A stretch of 64,000 nucleotides of DNA from the human T2T-CHM13v2.0 reference genome, Homo sapiens: NCBI RefSeq assembly GCF_009914755.1, contig NC_060930.1. The stretch is one strand, 5' to 3'. The notes under the pieces were generated by a model. It made no database searches. It had not been told where the DNA came from and saw nothing but the letters and a program-made list of their open reading frames with translations. Shown here piece after piece: positions 27,990-43,462 of the stretch (position 1 is its first letter; each line of letters begins with the position of its first letter). Made by a program: the position numbers and the translations under genes.

Positions 27990-28170
27990 AGATAGGCATT
28001 ATCTACAACGCATTCTATAGACTATATCCTAATGAAATGGTTCAAGGCCAAATGAGTTTGGGAAACTCTGTACTTTATACCTATCTCTTGGAATTTCACA
28101 CTTCATATTAGCATAGTAAAGGCTCTGAGAAATCCATTAGTCTCAAATCATGTTTGACATTGTTTGACTT
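27990..28170. mobile_element. MER103-like hAT-Charlie fragment
   Basis: caaatgagtttgggaaac...cttcatattagcatagtaaaggctctgagaa. Confidence 0.6.
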
Positions 28171-28184
28171 TGTAATCTATATAC

Positions 28185-29290
28185 CTTAGTGAACAAAACG
28201 GTCATAGTCCCTGATACCTGGAGTTTCTGGGGGAGAGGCAGAGAATAAAGTAAGCAGAGAAATGTGTGTATGTGTGTTATGTGTATAATTTACATATGTG
28301 TTATGGATGAAACAAATAGGTTGCAGTGATGGAAAATACAGTATCATAAAGGGGAATGAACTCATCAGACAGCATGGTGAGGACAGACTCTTGGAGAAAG
28401 TGACAGGCTGAGATCTTAAGAATCAGATGGAATCAGTCACATAGAGTATTCTAACATTGTTACTCAGTAGAAAACTGTTCCTGGACCCTAATGAGATCTG
28501 TACAGAAACTGAGAGGAAGCATTTGTAACATTTATAGCAATTTGATAAGACTAACTTTATGTCTGTTAAATCTAAAAATAAAACATTCTTTAAAATTTTT
28601 TTCTAATAGTTGGTTTTTTTACGTATAATTCTCTGATAGATTGGGGGGAAAAAGATTTGATCCTTCCCCACAGAGAGTTTGAGAAACTCTGTTCCAGCAG
28701 AAGTAAAATGTGTTTGCAAAAGCCCTAAAGAAGGAAAGAGACTGCTGAGTTTAGGAACTGACTATAGGCTCATGACTGGGAACAGTTGTATGCAGAGCTT
28801 TGAGGACAAAAACATAAAGGGACTTGATTTTATTCTGTACAATGGAGAGTCACTGAAGAATTTTCAAAAATTTAAACTGACACTTGATATAGATGTTAAA
28901 AACAATCATTCTAACTGCTTTATGAAGAAAGAGTTGAAATAAAGTGTGTAAAACAATGGATCAGTTCAGAAGCCTTTAGAAGTTTGGTGGGAGATGATGC
29001 TGGCTTAGACTATGACAGTGATGGGTTAACTGGAGGAGAATTGGAAGAGAGCTGGCACATACCTCCCTTGTGGGTTGGGGGCAAGTGAGGAGAGGGAAAT
29101 GGCAAGGGGATCAGGAAGATGCCCAAGTTTCCCAGAGGAGAAGTTAAGGCTGGATATATACCTTCAAGGATGATCAGCATTTAGTTTTCATAGCCATGGG
29201 GACTAGATAATATTGAAGATACAGTAAAAGGGAAAATGTTGAGAGCCCAGCACTGAACCCTGAAGAGTATCTTTGGGCCTTCTACGGCCC
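28185..29290 (-). mobile_element. L2 LINE fragments
   Basis: gtgaacaaaac...gtccctg; gacttgattttattctgtacaatggagagtcactgaag; gagcccagcactgaaccctg. Confidence 0.6.
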
Positions 29291-29828
29291 TAAGGAGGAG
29301 TCTAGCTTGAAGATAACCGATTACCTCAAGGACATGTAATAATTCCTACATGTTCAGATTTGTGTCTAGATATCTCTAACATTAAATCCCATTCAGTACA
29401 TTTACTGAGTATCTATACAATTTAAGAGACCATGGAAGGTGTTGTAAAAGATATAATCCAAACAAGCAAACTTTAAGAGTTTGATATCTGGAAATATGTA
29501 CAAAAATCTAAGATATGTACAAAAGTGCAAGTCAAATCTGACAGATGCTATAAGAGAATTATAAAGCAAAATGGGAATCTACAGAAGTCAAAATGGAAGA
29601 TTTAATGGATAAGGTTAGCATTGAGCTGGTCTTGAAAGAGGTGCATGAATTTTAATAAAAAAGAGATCACATGCATATATACATATGTGAGTGTGTGTGT
29701 ATAAATAAATATATATATTTGCCCCATGCAGCACGTACTTACATTTATGTCTATATCTACATTAGTCTGTGTATATATATTTATGCGTTCAGAGTTCCAA
29801 TCCAATTCTAGTTCAGCAACACAGTGTT

Positions 29829-29835
<7 letters not shown>

Positions 29836-29868
<33 letters not shown>

Positions 29869-31942
29869 GATCATTCTTGGGTGTTTCTCGCAGAGGGGGA
29901 TTTGGCAGGGTCACAGGACAATAGTGGAGGGAAGGTCAGCAGATAAGTGAACAAAGGTCTCTGGTTTTCCTAGGCAGAGGACCCTGCGGCCTTCCGCAGT
30001 GTTTGTGTCCCTGGGTACTTGAGATTAGGGAGTGGTGATGACTCTTAACGAGCATGCTGCCTTCAAGCATCTGTTTAACAAAGCACATCTTGCACCACCC
30101 TTAATCCATTCAACCCTGAGTGGACACAGCACATGTTTCAGAGAGCACAAGGTTGGGGGTAAGGTCACAGATCAACAGGATCCCAAGGCAGAAGAATTTT
30201 TCTTAGTACAGAACAAAATGAAAAGTCTCCCATGTCTACCTCTTTCTACACAGACACGGCAACCATCCGATTTCTCAATCTTTTCCCCACCTTTCCCCCC
30301 TTTCTATTCCACAAAACCGCCATTGTCATCATGGCCCGTTCTCAATGAGCTGTTGAGTACACCTCCCAGACGGGGTGGTGGCTGGGCAGAGGGGCTCCTC
30401 ACTTCCCAGTAGGGGCGGCTGGGCAGAGGCGCCCCTCACCTCCTGGATGGGGTGGCTGGCCGGGCGGGGGGCTGACCCCCCCGCCCCCCTCCTGGACGCG
30501 GCGGCTGGCCGGGCGGGGGGCTGACCTCCCCGCCTCCCTCCCGGATGGGGCGGCTGGCCGGGTGGGGGGCTGACCCCCCCACCTCCCTCCCGGATGGGGT
30601 GGCTGGCCGGGCAGAGGGGCTCCTCTCTTCCCAGTAGGGGCAGCCGGGCAGAGGCGCCCCTCACCTCCCAGATGGGGCGGCTGGCCAGGCGGGGGGCTAA
30701 CCCCCCCACATCCTTCCCAGATGGGGCGGCTGGCCAGGCAGAGGGGCTCCTCACTTCCCAGTAGGGGCGGCCGGGCAGAGGCGCCCCTCACCTCCCGGAC
30801 GGGGCGGCTGGCCAGGCGGGGGGCTGACCCCCCCACCTCCTTCCCAGACGGGGCGGCTGGCCGGGCAGAGGGACTCCTCACTTCCCAGTAGGAGCGGCCG
30901 GGCAGAGGCACCCCTCACCTCCCGGACGGGCAGGTGGCCGGGCAGGGGGATGATCCCTCCACCTCCCTCCCGGATGGAGCGGCTGGCTGGGCAGGGGGCT
31001 AACCCCCCCACCTCCCTTCCGGACGGGGTGGCTGGCCAGGCGGGGGGCTGACCCCCACCTCCCTCCCAGACGGGGTGGCTGCCAGGCGGAGACGCTCCTC
31101 ACTTCTCAGAGGGTGTGGCTGCCGGGCGGAGGGGCTCCTCACTTCTCAGACGGGGCGGTTGCCAGGCAGAGGGTCTCCTCACTTCTCAGACGGGGCGGCC
31201 GGGCAGAGACGCTCCTCACATCCCAGACGGGGCAGCAGGGCAGAGGCGCTCCCCACATCTCAGACAATGGGTGGCCTGGCAGAGACGCTCCTCACTTCCT
31301 AGATGGGATGGCGGCCGGGCAGAGACGCTCCTCACTTTCCAGACTGGGCAGCCAGGCAGAGAGGCTCCTCACATCCCAGACGATGGGCGGCCAGGCAGAG
31401 ACGCTCCTCACTTCCCAGACGGGGTGGCGGCCGGGCAGAGGCTGCAATCTCGGCACTTTGCGGGGCCAAGGCAGGCAGCTGGGAAGTGGAGGTTGTAGCG
31501 AGCCGAGATCACGCCACTGCACTCCAGCCTGGGTACCATTGAGCACTGAGTGAACGCGACTCCGTCTGCCATCCCGGCACCTCGGGAGGCCGAGGCTGGC
31601 GGATCACTCGCGGTTAGGAGCTGGAGACCAGCCCGGCCAACACAGCGAAACCCCGTCTCCACCAAAAAAATACGAAAACCAGTCAGGCGTGGCGGCGCGC
31701 GCTTGCAATCGCAGGCACTCGGCAGGCTGAGGCAGGAGAATCAGGCAGGGAGGTTGCAGTGAGCCGAGATGGCAGCAGTACAGTCCAGCTTTGGCTCAGC
31801 ATCAGGGGGAGACTGTGGGGAGAGGGAGACCGTGGGGAGAGGGAGAGGGAGAGGGAGAGGAGGGAGAGGGAGAGGAGGGAGAGGGAGAGGAGGGAGAGGG
31901 AGAGGAGGGAGAGGGAGAGGAGGGAGAGGGAGAGGAGGGAGC
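29836..31942 (-). mobile_element. Full-length SVA retrotransposon (subfamily probably B-D)
   Basis: On the minus strand: (CCCTCT)n head ~31834-31941, Alu-like ~31440-31830, GC-rich VNTR ~30360-31440, SINE-R ~29865-30360, poly(A) 29833-29864. 16-bp TSD CACAGTGTTGTTCTTT at 29820-29835 and 31943-31958. Confidence 0.97.
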
Positions 31943-33583
31943 CACAGTGTTGTTCTTTCTCAAATCTACAACTGGCTCTCACAGTTTAAAATAAAATTGC
32001 TTTTTTTTCAATGTTAGTATACACAAGTAGTTTCAGAATTGCTAACTCATACCCCTGTGAGAAACACATTTATTAAATAGCACATAGCAACTAGGTACAA
32101 TAGTTTTTTTCTTTCATTTTAGTAGAATCCAATCAAAATACTGACTTCTAAAAGTTACTTAGGTTAGTTCTGTTCTCCATCTGTGTCAGTGTGGTAATGT
32201 CACTCATACGTTAGACTAGTAACATTTGATAGTTTGTATTCCATTTTGGGATACCCCCACATCTTAGTATATTTTTATTTAGTTTACATAGAGTAAAATC
32301 CACTCATTGAGTTGTATAATTCCTCAGATTTTGACAAATGCTTAGGGCCATGTATCCACTTGCACAGTCATGACACAAATCAATTCTCACCCCAAAAGTT
32401 CCCCAGTGCTGCTCCTTTGTAGACAACCACTACCCGCACCTGCAATCTTTGGCAACCACTCATCCATGTTCTGTCACAATTTTGGTCTTTTCCAGGAAGG
32501 TACATACATGAAATAATATGGGTCTGTCTACTTTCACTTGGCAAAATATACTTGAGATTAATCGATATGCTTGCAAGCATCAATAGTTCATTCCTTTTTA
32601 CTGCAGAGTAGCATTCCATTGTGTGGCTGTATCATGGTTTGTTTATCTGTTCACTGGTTGAAATACACCTGGGCCACACAGTTTGGGGTGATTATGAATA
32701 AAGTATGATAAACACTCATGTACAGGTTTTTGTGTGAACATAAGTTTTCACTTCTCTTGGGTGAATACATAGGAAGCTTTGAATTTTTTTCCCTCTTTGT
32801 GTTTCAGTTTGGGTGATTGCTATAAACTGATGCTCAAGTTCACTGATTCTTTGTTACATCTTCTGATGTGGCCATTGAAGGCATTCTTCACTTCTGTTGC
32901 TGTGATTTTCACTTTTTGCATTTCAGTTTGATTGATCCTTATAGTTTCCATTTCTCCTGAAATCACCCATCTGATCTGGCATGTTGTTCTCCTTTTCCAC
33001 TAGAGCTATATCATATTACTCATAGTTATTTTCAATTTCCTGTCAGATAGTTCCAACATCTCTGTCATATCTGGGGTCTGGTTCTGTTGACTGCTTTATT
33101 TTTGACAGTGTGTTGTTGTTTTCTTTATCACTTTTTTGTATGACTTGTAATTTTTTGTTGAAAGCCAGACACCTTGTTAAGGACAGCAGAGATGAGGAAA
33201 ATAGATTTTATGCCTGAAAATGCATACACCTGTCTGTCCTTCTGCTAGGATTCTAGAGTGTGAGTCTGCGTTAGGAGTTGGGCTGAGTTTAATTCTCTTC
33301 CTCCACTGTAGTGGTTACCCTTAGGGCACCACAAGCATCAAATTCCTTTAGTGACACTTTGTGGTTCAGTTGGGGGCTGGTTTGCCTGTAGTTTTTTCAA
33401 TTCTGCTCCATCTTCAGCTTTAGATCTTCCCTTTGCACTGTACCTCAGAAATGGTCTGTGCCCACACTCTTGGGCCTCTTCCAGCAACATCCCACTGTGA
33501 CTTGCTACTCCACTTGTGAGCCTGGTGATGGGGAGGAGGAGCTCTCTGTCCTATTAAGCCCTATCTTAGGCAGCAGTGTGTAT

Positions 33584-34106
33584 GGGGATGTGGTCTTCTC
33601 ATAGTCCTCTCTCTCCCTCAGCTGTAGTTTAGGGCCCTGTAGACGTTCTAGTGTGGCACCCAGGATGGGGTGACCAACCCCTCCCAGCTTGTCAGGGACT
33701 TTTCCAGTTTTAGCTCTGAAAGTCCCATGTCAGTCCTGGACAAACAAACTAGGAGTAGAGAGTGCTTTCTGTTCCTCAACTGCAATGGGTTTTCCCCAGG
33801 GTCCTGAGGGTGGCAGCGCTGGCTACCCTCCTCCTCTTAGGTGAAGGCTTTTGTTCCACAGGAGAGATGAAGGAGAAGGTCCTGGTGGGGGGTTCTTGCT
33901 CCTTTCAGCAGAGGCTGCTCTTCTGCTTTCTCGGTGTGCTCCTGGTAGGGCTCCTGGAGAAGAGCTTGCAAGAGAGTGCAAACTCTCCTGTACCCGAAGC
34001 CCCCAGGGGCTCCACATTCTCCTAGCAGCCCACATGCAGCCTCTACCAATTCATTAACTATTCTGGCTGGGTTCTTTCTACCAGTGTCTTACTGTGTCTG
34101 CCCCAG
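33584..34106 (+). repeat. Inverted duplication, arm 1 (pairs with 42486-42997)
   Basis: Reverse complement of 42486-42997 at roughly 90% identity by eye; the ORF track shows near-identical peptides on opposite strands (33762+ vs 42823-). Confidence 0.92.
33666..33750. mobile_element. MER81 (hAT-Blackjack) fragment, copy 1
   Basis: ggggtgaccaacccctcccagcttgtcagggacttttccagttttagctctgaaagtccc. Confidence 0.7.
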
Positions 34107-34966
34107 ATACCACTACATACCATTTCATACTAGGAAAATGGCAAAAAATAACCTGAAACAACAGCAACAAAACCAACTGACAATATCAAGAGCTAACAAT
34201 GATGAAGCGCAAGTGCAACTGTCATATATTGTTAGTGGAAATCCAAAATGGTACAGACATTCTAGAGCAGTTTGGCAGGTTTTTTATTTTATTTTTCATA
34301 TTTATTTATTTATTTAGTTTAAAGACAGGGTCTCACTGTAGTGCCCAGGCTGGAGTGCAGTGATGCAATCATAGCTCACTGCAGCCTCAAATCCTGAGAT
34401 CCTCCTGCCTCTGCCTCCTGAGTAGCTGGGATTATAGGAGTGAGCTGCTGTGCCTGGCAGATTCTTATAAAGTTAAACATACACTTGCCATATTACCCAG
34501 CAATCCCATTTAGCCTAGAGAAATAAAAATATATGTTCACAGATGAAAACCTAGATACAAATGATTACAGCATCTTCACCCACAGTCACCAAAATTTGGA
34601 AACTATCCCAATGTCAATACGTGAATAAATAAGCAAGATGTAGTCCATACAGGAGAATACTGCTCAGGAATAAAAAGGAACTAATTATTGATATGCAAAT
34701 AACATGAATGGATCTTGAAGGCAGTATACTGACTGAAAGAAGAAAGTCATAAAATGTTACATACTGGAAGACTCCGTGTAAATGACACTTTGGAAAAGGT
34801 AAAGCTATGGGGGGAACAGATCAGTAGCTTACAGGGGTTAGGAGTGGGAGAAGTGATGACTAAAAAGAACTAGTATTAGGGTAATTTTGGTGATGCTGGA
34901 ACTGTTCTGTATCCTGATTGTGTCAGTGGTTCCATGAAGCTATACATGTGTTAAAACACATAGAAT
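34105..34966 (+). mobile_element. L1ME-type 3' fragment (host of an Alu monomer and the L1PA)
   Basis: agataccactac...gtggaaatccaaaatggtacag...gcagtttggcag...ttacccagcaatccc...; resumes at 41130. Confidence 0.7.
34280..34458 (-). mobile_element. Old Alu monomer (AluJ/FRAM-like)
   Basis: agacagggtctcact...caggctggagtgcagtgatgcaatcatagctcactgcagcctc with (TTTA)n tail. Confidence 0.85.
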
Positions 34967-35224
34967 CAAGATGGCCAAATAGGAACAGCTCTGGTCTACA
35001 GCTACCAGCATGAGCGACGCAGAAGACGGGTGATTTCTGCATTTCCAACTGAGGTACTGGGTTCATCTCACTGGGGAGTGCCAGACAGTAGGTGCAGGAC
35101 AGTGGGTGCGGTGCACCGTGAGTGAGACAAAGCAGGGCGAGGCATCGCCTCACCCGGGAAGCGCAAGGGGTCAGGGAATTCCCTTTCCTAGTCAAAGAAA
35201 GCGTGACAGATGGCACCTGGAAAA

Positions 35225-35407
35225 TCAGGTCACTCCCACCCTAATACTGCGCTTTTCCAACGGGCTTAAAAAACGGCACACCAGGAGATTATATCCTGCA
35301 CCTGGCGCAGAGGGTCCTACGGCCACGGAGTCTTGCTCATTGCTAGCGCAGCAGTCTGAGATCAAACTGCAAGGCAGCAGCGAAGCTGGGGGAGGGGTGC
35401 TTGCCAT
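35225..35407 (-). CDS. L1 ORF0 (antisense), ATG intact, truncated to 60 aa
   Basis: MASTPPPASLLPCSLISDCCASNEQDSVAVGPSAPGAGYNLLVCRFLSPLEKRSIRVGVT* matches primate L1 ORF0. Expression unknown. Confidence 0.6.
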   Translation of the reverse strand: MASTPPPASLLPCSLISDCCASNEQDSVAVGPSAPGAGYNLLVCRFLSPLEKRSIRVGVT

Positions 35408-35989
35408 TGTCGAGTTAGTTGTTTGATTAGGTAAACAAAGCAACCTGGAAGCTCGAACTGGGTGGAGCCCACCACAGCTCAAGGAGGCCTCCCTTCCTCT
35501 GTAGGCTCCACCTCTGAGGGCAGGGCACAGACAAACAAAAAAACAGCAGTAACCTCTGCAGACTTAAATGTCCCTCTCTGACAGCTTTGAAGAGAGTAGT
35601 GGTTCTCCCAGCATGCAGCTTGAGATCTGAGAACAGGCAGGCTGCCTCCTCAAGTGGGTCCCTGACCCCCGAGTGGCCTAACTGGGAGGCACCCCCCAGT
35701 AGGGGCGGACTGACACCTCACACGGCCAGGTACTCCTTTGAGACAAAACTTCCAGAGGAATGATCAGGCAGCAGCATCTGCGGTTCACCAATATCTGCTG
35801 TAATGCAGACACCGCTGCTGATACCCAGGCAAACAGGGTCTGGAGTGGACCTCTAGCAAACTCCAACAGACCTGCAGCTGAGGGTCCTGTCTGTTAGAAG
35901 GAAAACTAACAAACAGAAAGGACATCCACACCAAAAACCCATCTCTACGCCACCATCATCAAAGACCAAAGGTAGATAAAACCACAAAG

Positions 35990-37006
35990 GTGGGAAAAAA
36001 ACAGAGCAGAAAAACTGAAAACTCTAAAAATCAGAGCAACTCTCCTCCTCCAAAGGCATGCAGCTCCTCACCAGCAACGGAACAAAGCTAGAAGGAGAAT
36101 GACTTTGATGAGTTGAGAGAAGAAAGCTTCAGACGATCAAACTACTCTGAGTTACGGGAGGAAATTCGAACCAATGGCAAAGAAGTTAAAAGCTTTGAAA
36201 AAAAATTAGATGAATGGAGAACTAGAATAACCAATGCAGAGAAGTCCTTAAAGGACCTGATGGAGCTGAAAACCAAGGCCCAAGAGCTACGTGTCGAATG
36301 CAGAAGCCTCAGTAGCCGATGCGCTCAACTGGAAGAAAGGGTATCAGTGATGGAAGATGAAATGAATGAAATGAAGTGAGAAGAGAAGTTTAGAGAAAAA
36401 AGAATAAAAAGAAATGAACAAAACCTCCAAGAAATATGGGACTATGTGAAAAGCCCAAATCTACGTCTGATTGGTGTACCTGAAAGTGACGGGGAGAATG
36501 GAACCAAGTTGGAAAACACTCTGCAGGATATTATCCAGGAGTACTTCCCCAATCTAGCAAGGCAGGCCAACATTCAAATTCAGGAAAAACGCAGAACGCC
36601 ACAAAGATACTCCTCGAGAAGAGCAACTCCAAGACACATAATTATCAGATTCACCAAAGTTGAAATGAAGGAAAAAATGTTAAGGGCAGCAAGAGAGAAA
36701 GGTCGGGTTACCCACAAAGGGAAGCCCATCAGACTAACAGCTGATCTCTCAGCAGAAACTCTACAAGCCAGAAGAGAGTGGGGACCAATATTCAACATTC
36801 TTAAAGAAAAGAATTTTTAACCCAGAATCTCATATTCAGCCAAACTAAGCTTCATAAGTGCAGGAGAAATAAAATACTTTACAGACAAGCAAATGCTGAG
36901 AGATTTTGTCACCACCAGGCCTGCCCTAAAAGAGCTCCTGAAGGAAGCACTAAACACGGAAAGGAACAACTGGTACCAGCCACTGCAAAAACATGCCAAA
37001 TTGTAA
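35990..37006 (+). pseudogene. L1 ORF1p, disabled (ATG>GTG, in-frame stops)
   Basis: 1017 bp in a single frame; peptides PNLRLIGVPESDGENGTKLENTLQDIIQE and RATPRHII; stops at e.g. 36379 and 36820. Confidence 0.92.
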
Positions 37007-37069
37007 AGACCATCAAGGCTAGGAAGAAACTGCATCAACTAACGAGCAAAATAACCAGCTAACATCATA

Positions 37070-40893
<3,824 letters not shown>

Positions 40894-42289
40894 ACAATGA
40901 GAACACATGGACACAGGAAGGGGAACATCACACACTGGGGACTGTTGTGGGGTTGGGGGAGGGGGGAGGGATAGCATTAGGAGATATACCTAATGCTAAA
41001 TGACGAGTTAATGGGTGCAGCACACCAACATGGCACATGTACACATATGTAACAAACGTGCACGTTGTGCACAGGTACCCTAAAACTTAAAGTATAATAA
41101 TAATAAAATTTAAAAAACACACATAGAATTGTATACCAAAACATTACTTTAATGGTATTTTAATTAAAAAAATTTTTGAACAGGGTTTAAAATGACAAAA
41201 ACTTGACTTGAGTGGCAAAAAACATTCCTATTATTATTTAGTTTGCTTAGAATGTTTTGCTATTAAAAACAACCGTTAAACTAATATTAATGAATGTATT
41301 TAATAAAAATTACAGCAGTTAAAAGTGTTATAGTTCCCTTTTTAACAGAGGTTTTCTTTGAAAATATATTGATATTAAGATAAGGGATGCAAAGCTCAAT
41401 ATAATTCAATAAACATTTTTTGAGTATCTACAGAAATGCAACAAATGATATTTGTAATATTTATGAGTTAAAGATAATTATGAGACAGAAGTAACCATTA
41501 GATAGTACTAGGTAATAAAAGAGATACTAGTTACCATAGTGGTTATAATAGCTATTAATTAATAGAGCAAGTATAAGTATAATGTCCCTCAAATAGTTAG
41601 TTTAAAATTTTCTGTTAATCATTCAATGAAGACATAGATTGTAAAGAGAATCTGTACCTACCTGAGGATATGCCATTATGTAGAAATTCCAGGAGACAGG
41701 GCTAGCAGAGGAATTTCTATGGACCTGCTTATCCAAGTTTTCCTAACACAGAGACATCTACAGAGTTGAAAATAACAAGACATCAACTTACAAGACACGT
41801 TTGAGCCCCAAACTCTTAAAATATTGGGACTTTCCATAAGAATTCAACATGTACTTTGTATCTCTAATATAACTTACTCTCTGTAAACACCCAATATATA
41901 TTTATTAAATTAATAGACTGCAACAAGAATAAATCTAAGTAAACAATACAAATCCAATTTGTAAAGGAAAGCGAGGGCCAAATGTGCAGAGAGACAGAAT
42001 GTCAATATGGTGGCTGACATTCTAAATGCAAAAGAAACTTCCACAACATTCCTAGATTGCACATAGAAGAGAAATGGAAATGATACTTCTTCAGGATAGT
42101 TCACTGAAACTACAACCAATCCTACCTGCTCTTATCTGAACTTCTGACAAATACAAGACAATAATGAGTATACTCATCAACCTATGGCAGCTATGAGTTG
42201 AATATATAGTGGGTTGTGTGTGTTTATGTGCATGTGTGTGTATTGTGTGTGTGCAGTTGAATTTTTTATTAGTTACACATTAAAAATCA

Positions 42290-42997
42290 AATGTTTGACT
42301 CAGAGATGTACAGAGCTTGAAAGAACCTCACTTCATTATTGTGTGTGATAATCCACTGCCAGACAGACTGCAAGTTTATCACTTTCCTTAAACCCATCAG
42401 AAAACTGAAGTTGCAGGAAAACCCAGTAGCCCAAAATCTAAGGAATGAGAAGTGTCTGCAGGGAGACATAAGACATCTTGCTGACCTGGGGCAGACACAG
42501 ACACTGGTAGAAAGAATCTAGCCAGAATAGTTAACACATTGGTAGAGGCTGCATGTGGGCTGGTAGGAGAATGTAGAGCCCCTGGGAGTTTCAGGTACAG
42601 GAGAGTTTGCACCCTCTTGCAAGCTCTTCTCCAGGAGCCCCACCAGGAACACACTGAGAAAGCAGAATAGCAGCCTCTGCCGAAAGGAGCAAGAACCCCC
42701 CACCAGGACCTTCTCCTTTATCTCTTCCGCGGAACAAAAGCTTTCACCTAAGAGGAGGGTAGTCAGCACTGCCACCCTTAGGACTCTGGGGAAAACCCAT
42801 TGCAGCTGAGGAACAGAAAACACTCTCTACTCCTAGTTTGTTTATCCAGGACTGACATGAGACTTTCAGAGCTAATACTGGAAAAGTCCCTGACAAGCTG
42901 GGAGGAGTTGGTCACCCCACCCTGGGTGAGGCACTAGAATATCTACAGGGCCGTAACTACAGCTGAGGGAGAGAGAGTACTGAGAAGACCACACCCC
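42290..42997 (+). mobile_element. Old L1 (L1MC/MD-type) 5'UTR; includes inverted-duplication arm 2 (42486-42997) with MER81 copy 2 (~42830-42917)
   Basis: cccatcagaaaactgaagttgcagg old-L1 5' motif; reverse complement of 33584-34106. Confidence 0.7.
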
Positions 42998-43099
42998 TTG
43001 TTAAGATGGGAGCTTGGCTTTGCTGGTCTGTCTTTATCTCTCATTCAAGTTTATGAAGGCCTGTTCTCAGCAGGCTGATCTTCTCATGGACATCTCGTG

Positions 43100-43462
43100 T
43101 TAGGCAAAGAGTTCTTAGATGTGAAAAAAACACATCATCCATACAATTTTTGAAAAGTCATAAATTTATTTTTTATCAAAATTTAAAACTTTTGCTCTGC
43201 AAATGATACTACTGAGAGAATGAAAAGACATGCTATAGGTTGGGAGAAAATATTAGCAAATCATGTGTCCCTCCAAAAAAAGACTTGTATATAGAACACA
43301 CAAGGAACTCTCAACATTGAACAATAAGGAAACAATGCAATTTTCAAAATGAACAAAATATCTGAAGCAACATTTTTACCAGGGGAAATATACAGATGGA
43401 CAAATAGATAACTATATAAAAAGATATTCCACTATTATTAGCCATTTATGGAAATGCAAATT
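43100..43462 (+). mobile_element. L1ME-type ORF2 3' fragment
   Basis: ttaggcaaagagttcttaga...aaaacttttgctctgcaaa...gggagaaaatattagcaaatc...ggaaatgcaaatt. Confidence 0.75.

Larger units (their letters stand above)
31959..34106 (-). mobile_element. Old L1 (L1MC/L1MD-type): 3' part joined at ~32775 to ORF1/5'UTR; continues left of the SVA (~29660-29819)
   Basis: Antisense 3' motifs (ttcattccttttta...gagtagcattccattgtgtgg); antisense ORF1 start from ~32780; GC-richer 5'UTR to 34106. Confidence 0.65.

Noticed and set aside
30360-31440. Repeat array superficially like CRISPR
   Set aside because: SVA VNTR: degenerate tandem units without unique spacers, in eukaryotic DNA with no cas genes.
30032-32017. 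Many ORFs, including RGG-, ER- and EG-repeat peptides
   Set aside because: Translations of the SVA VNTR, Alu-like region and hexamer repeats.
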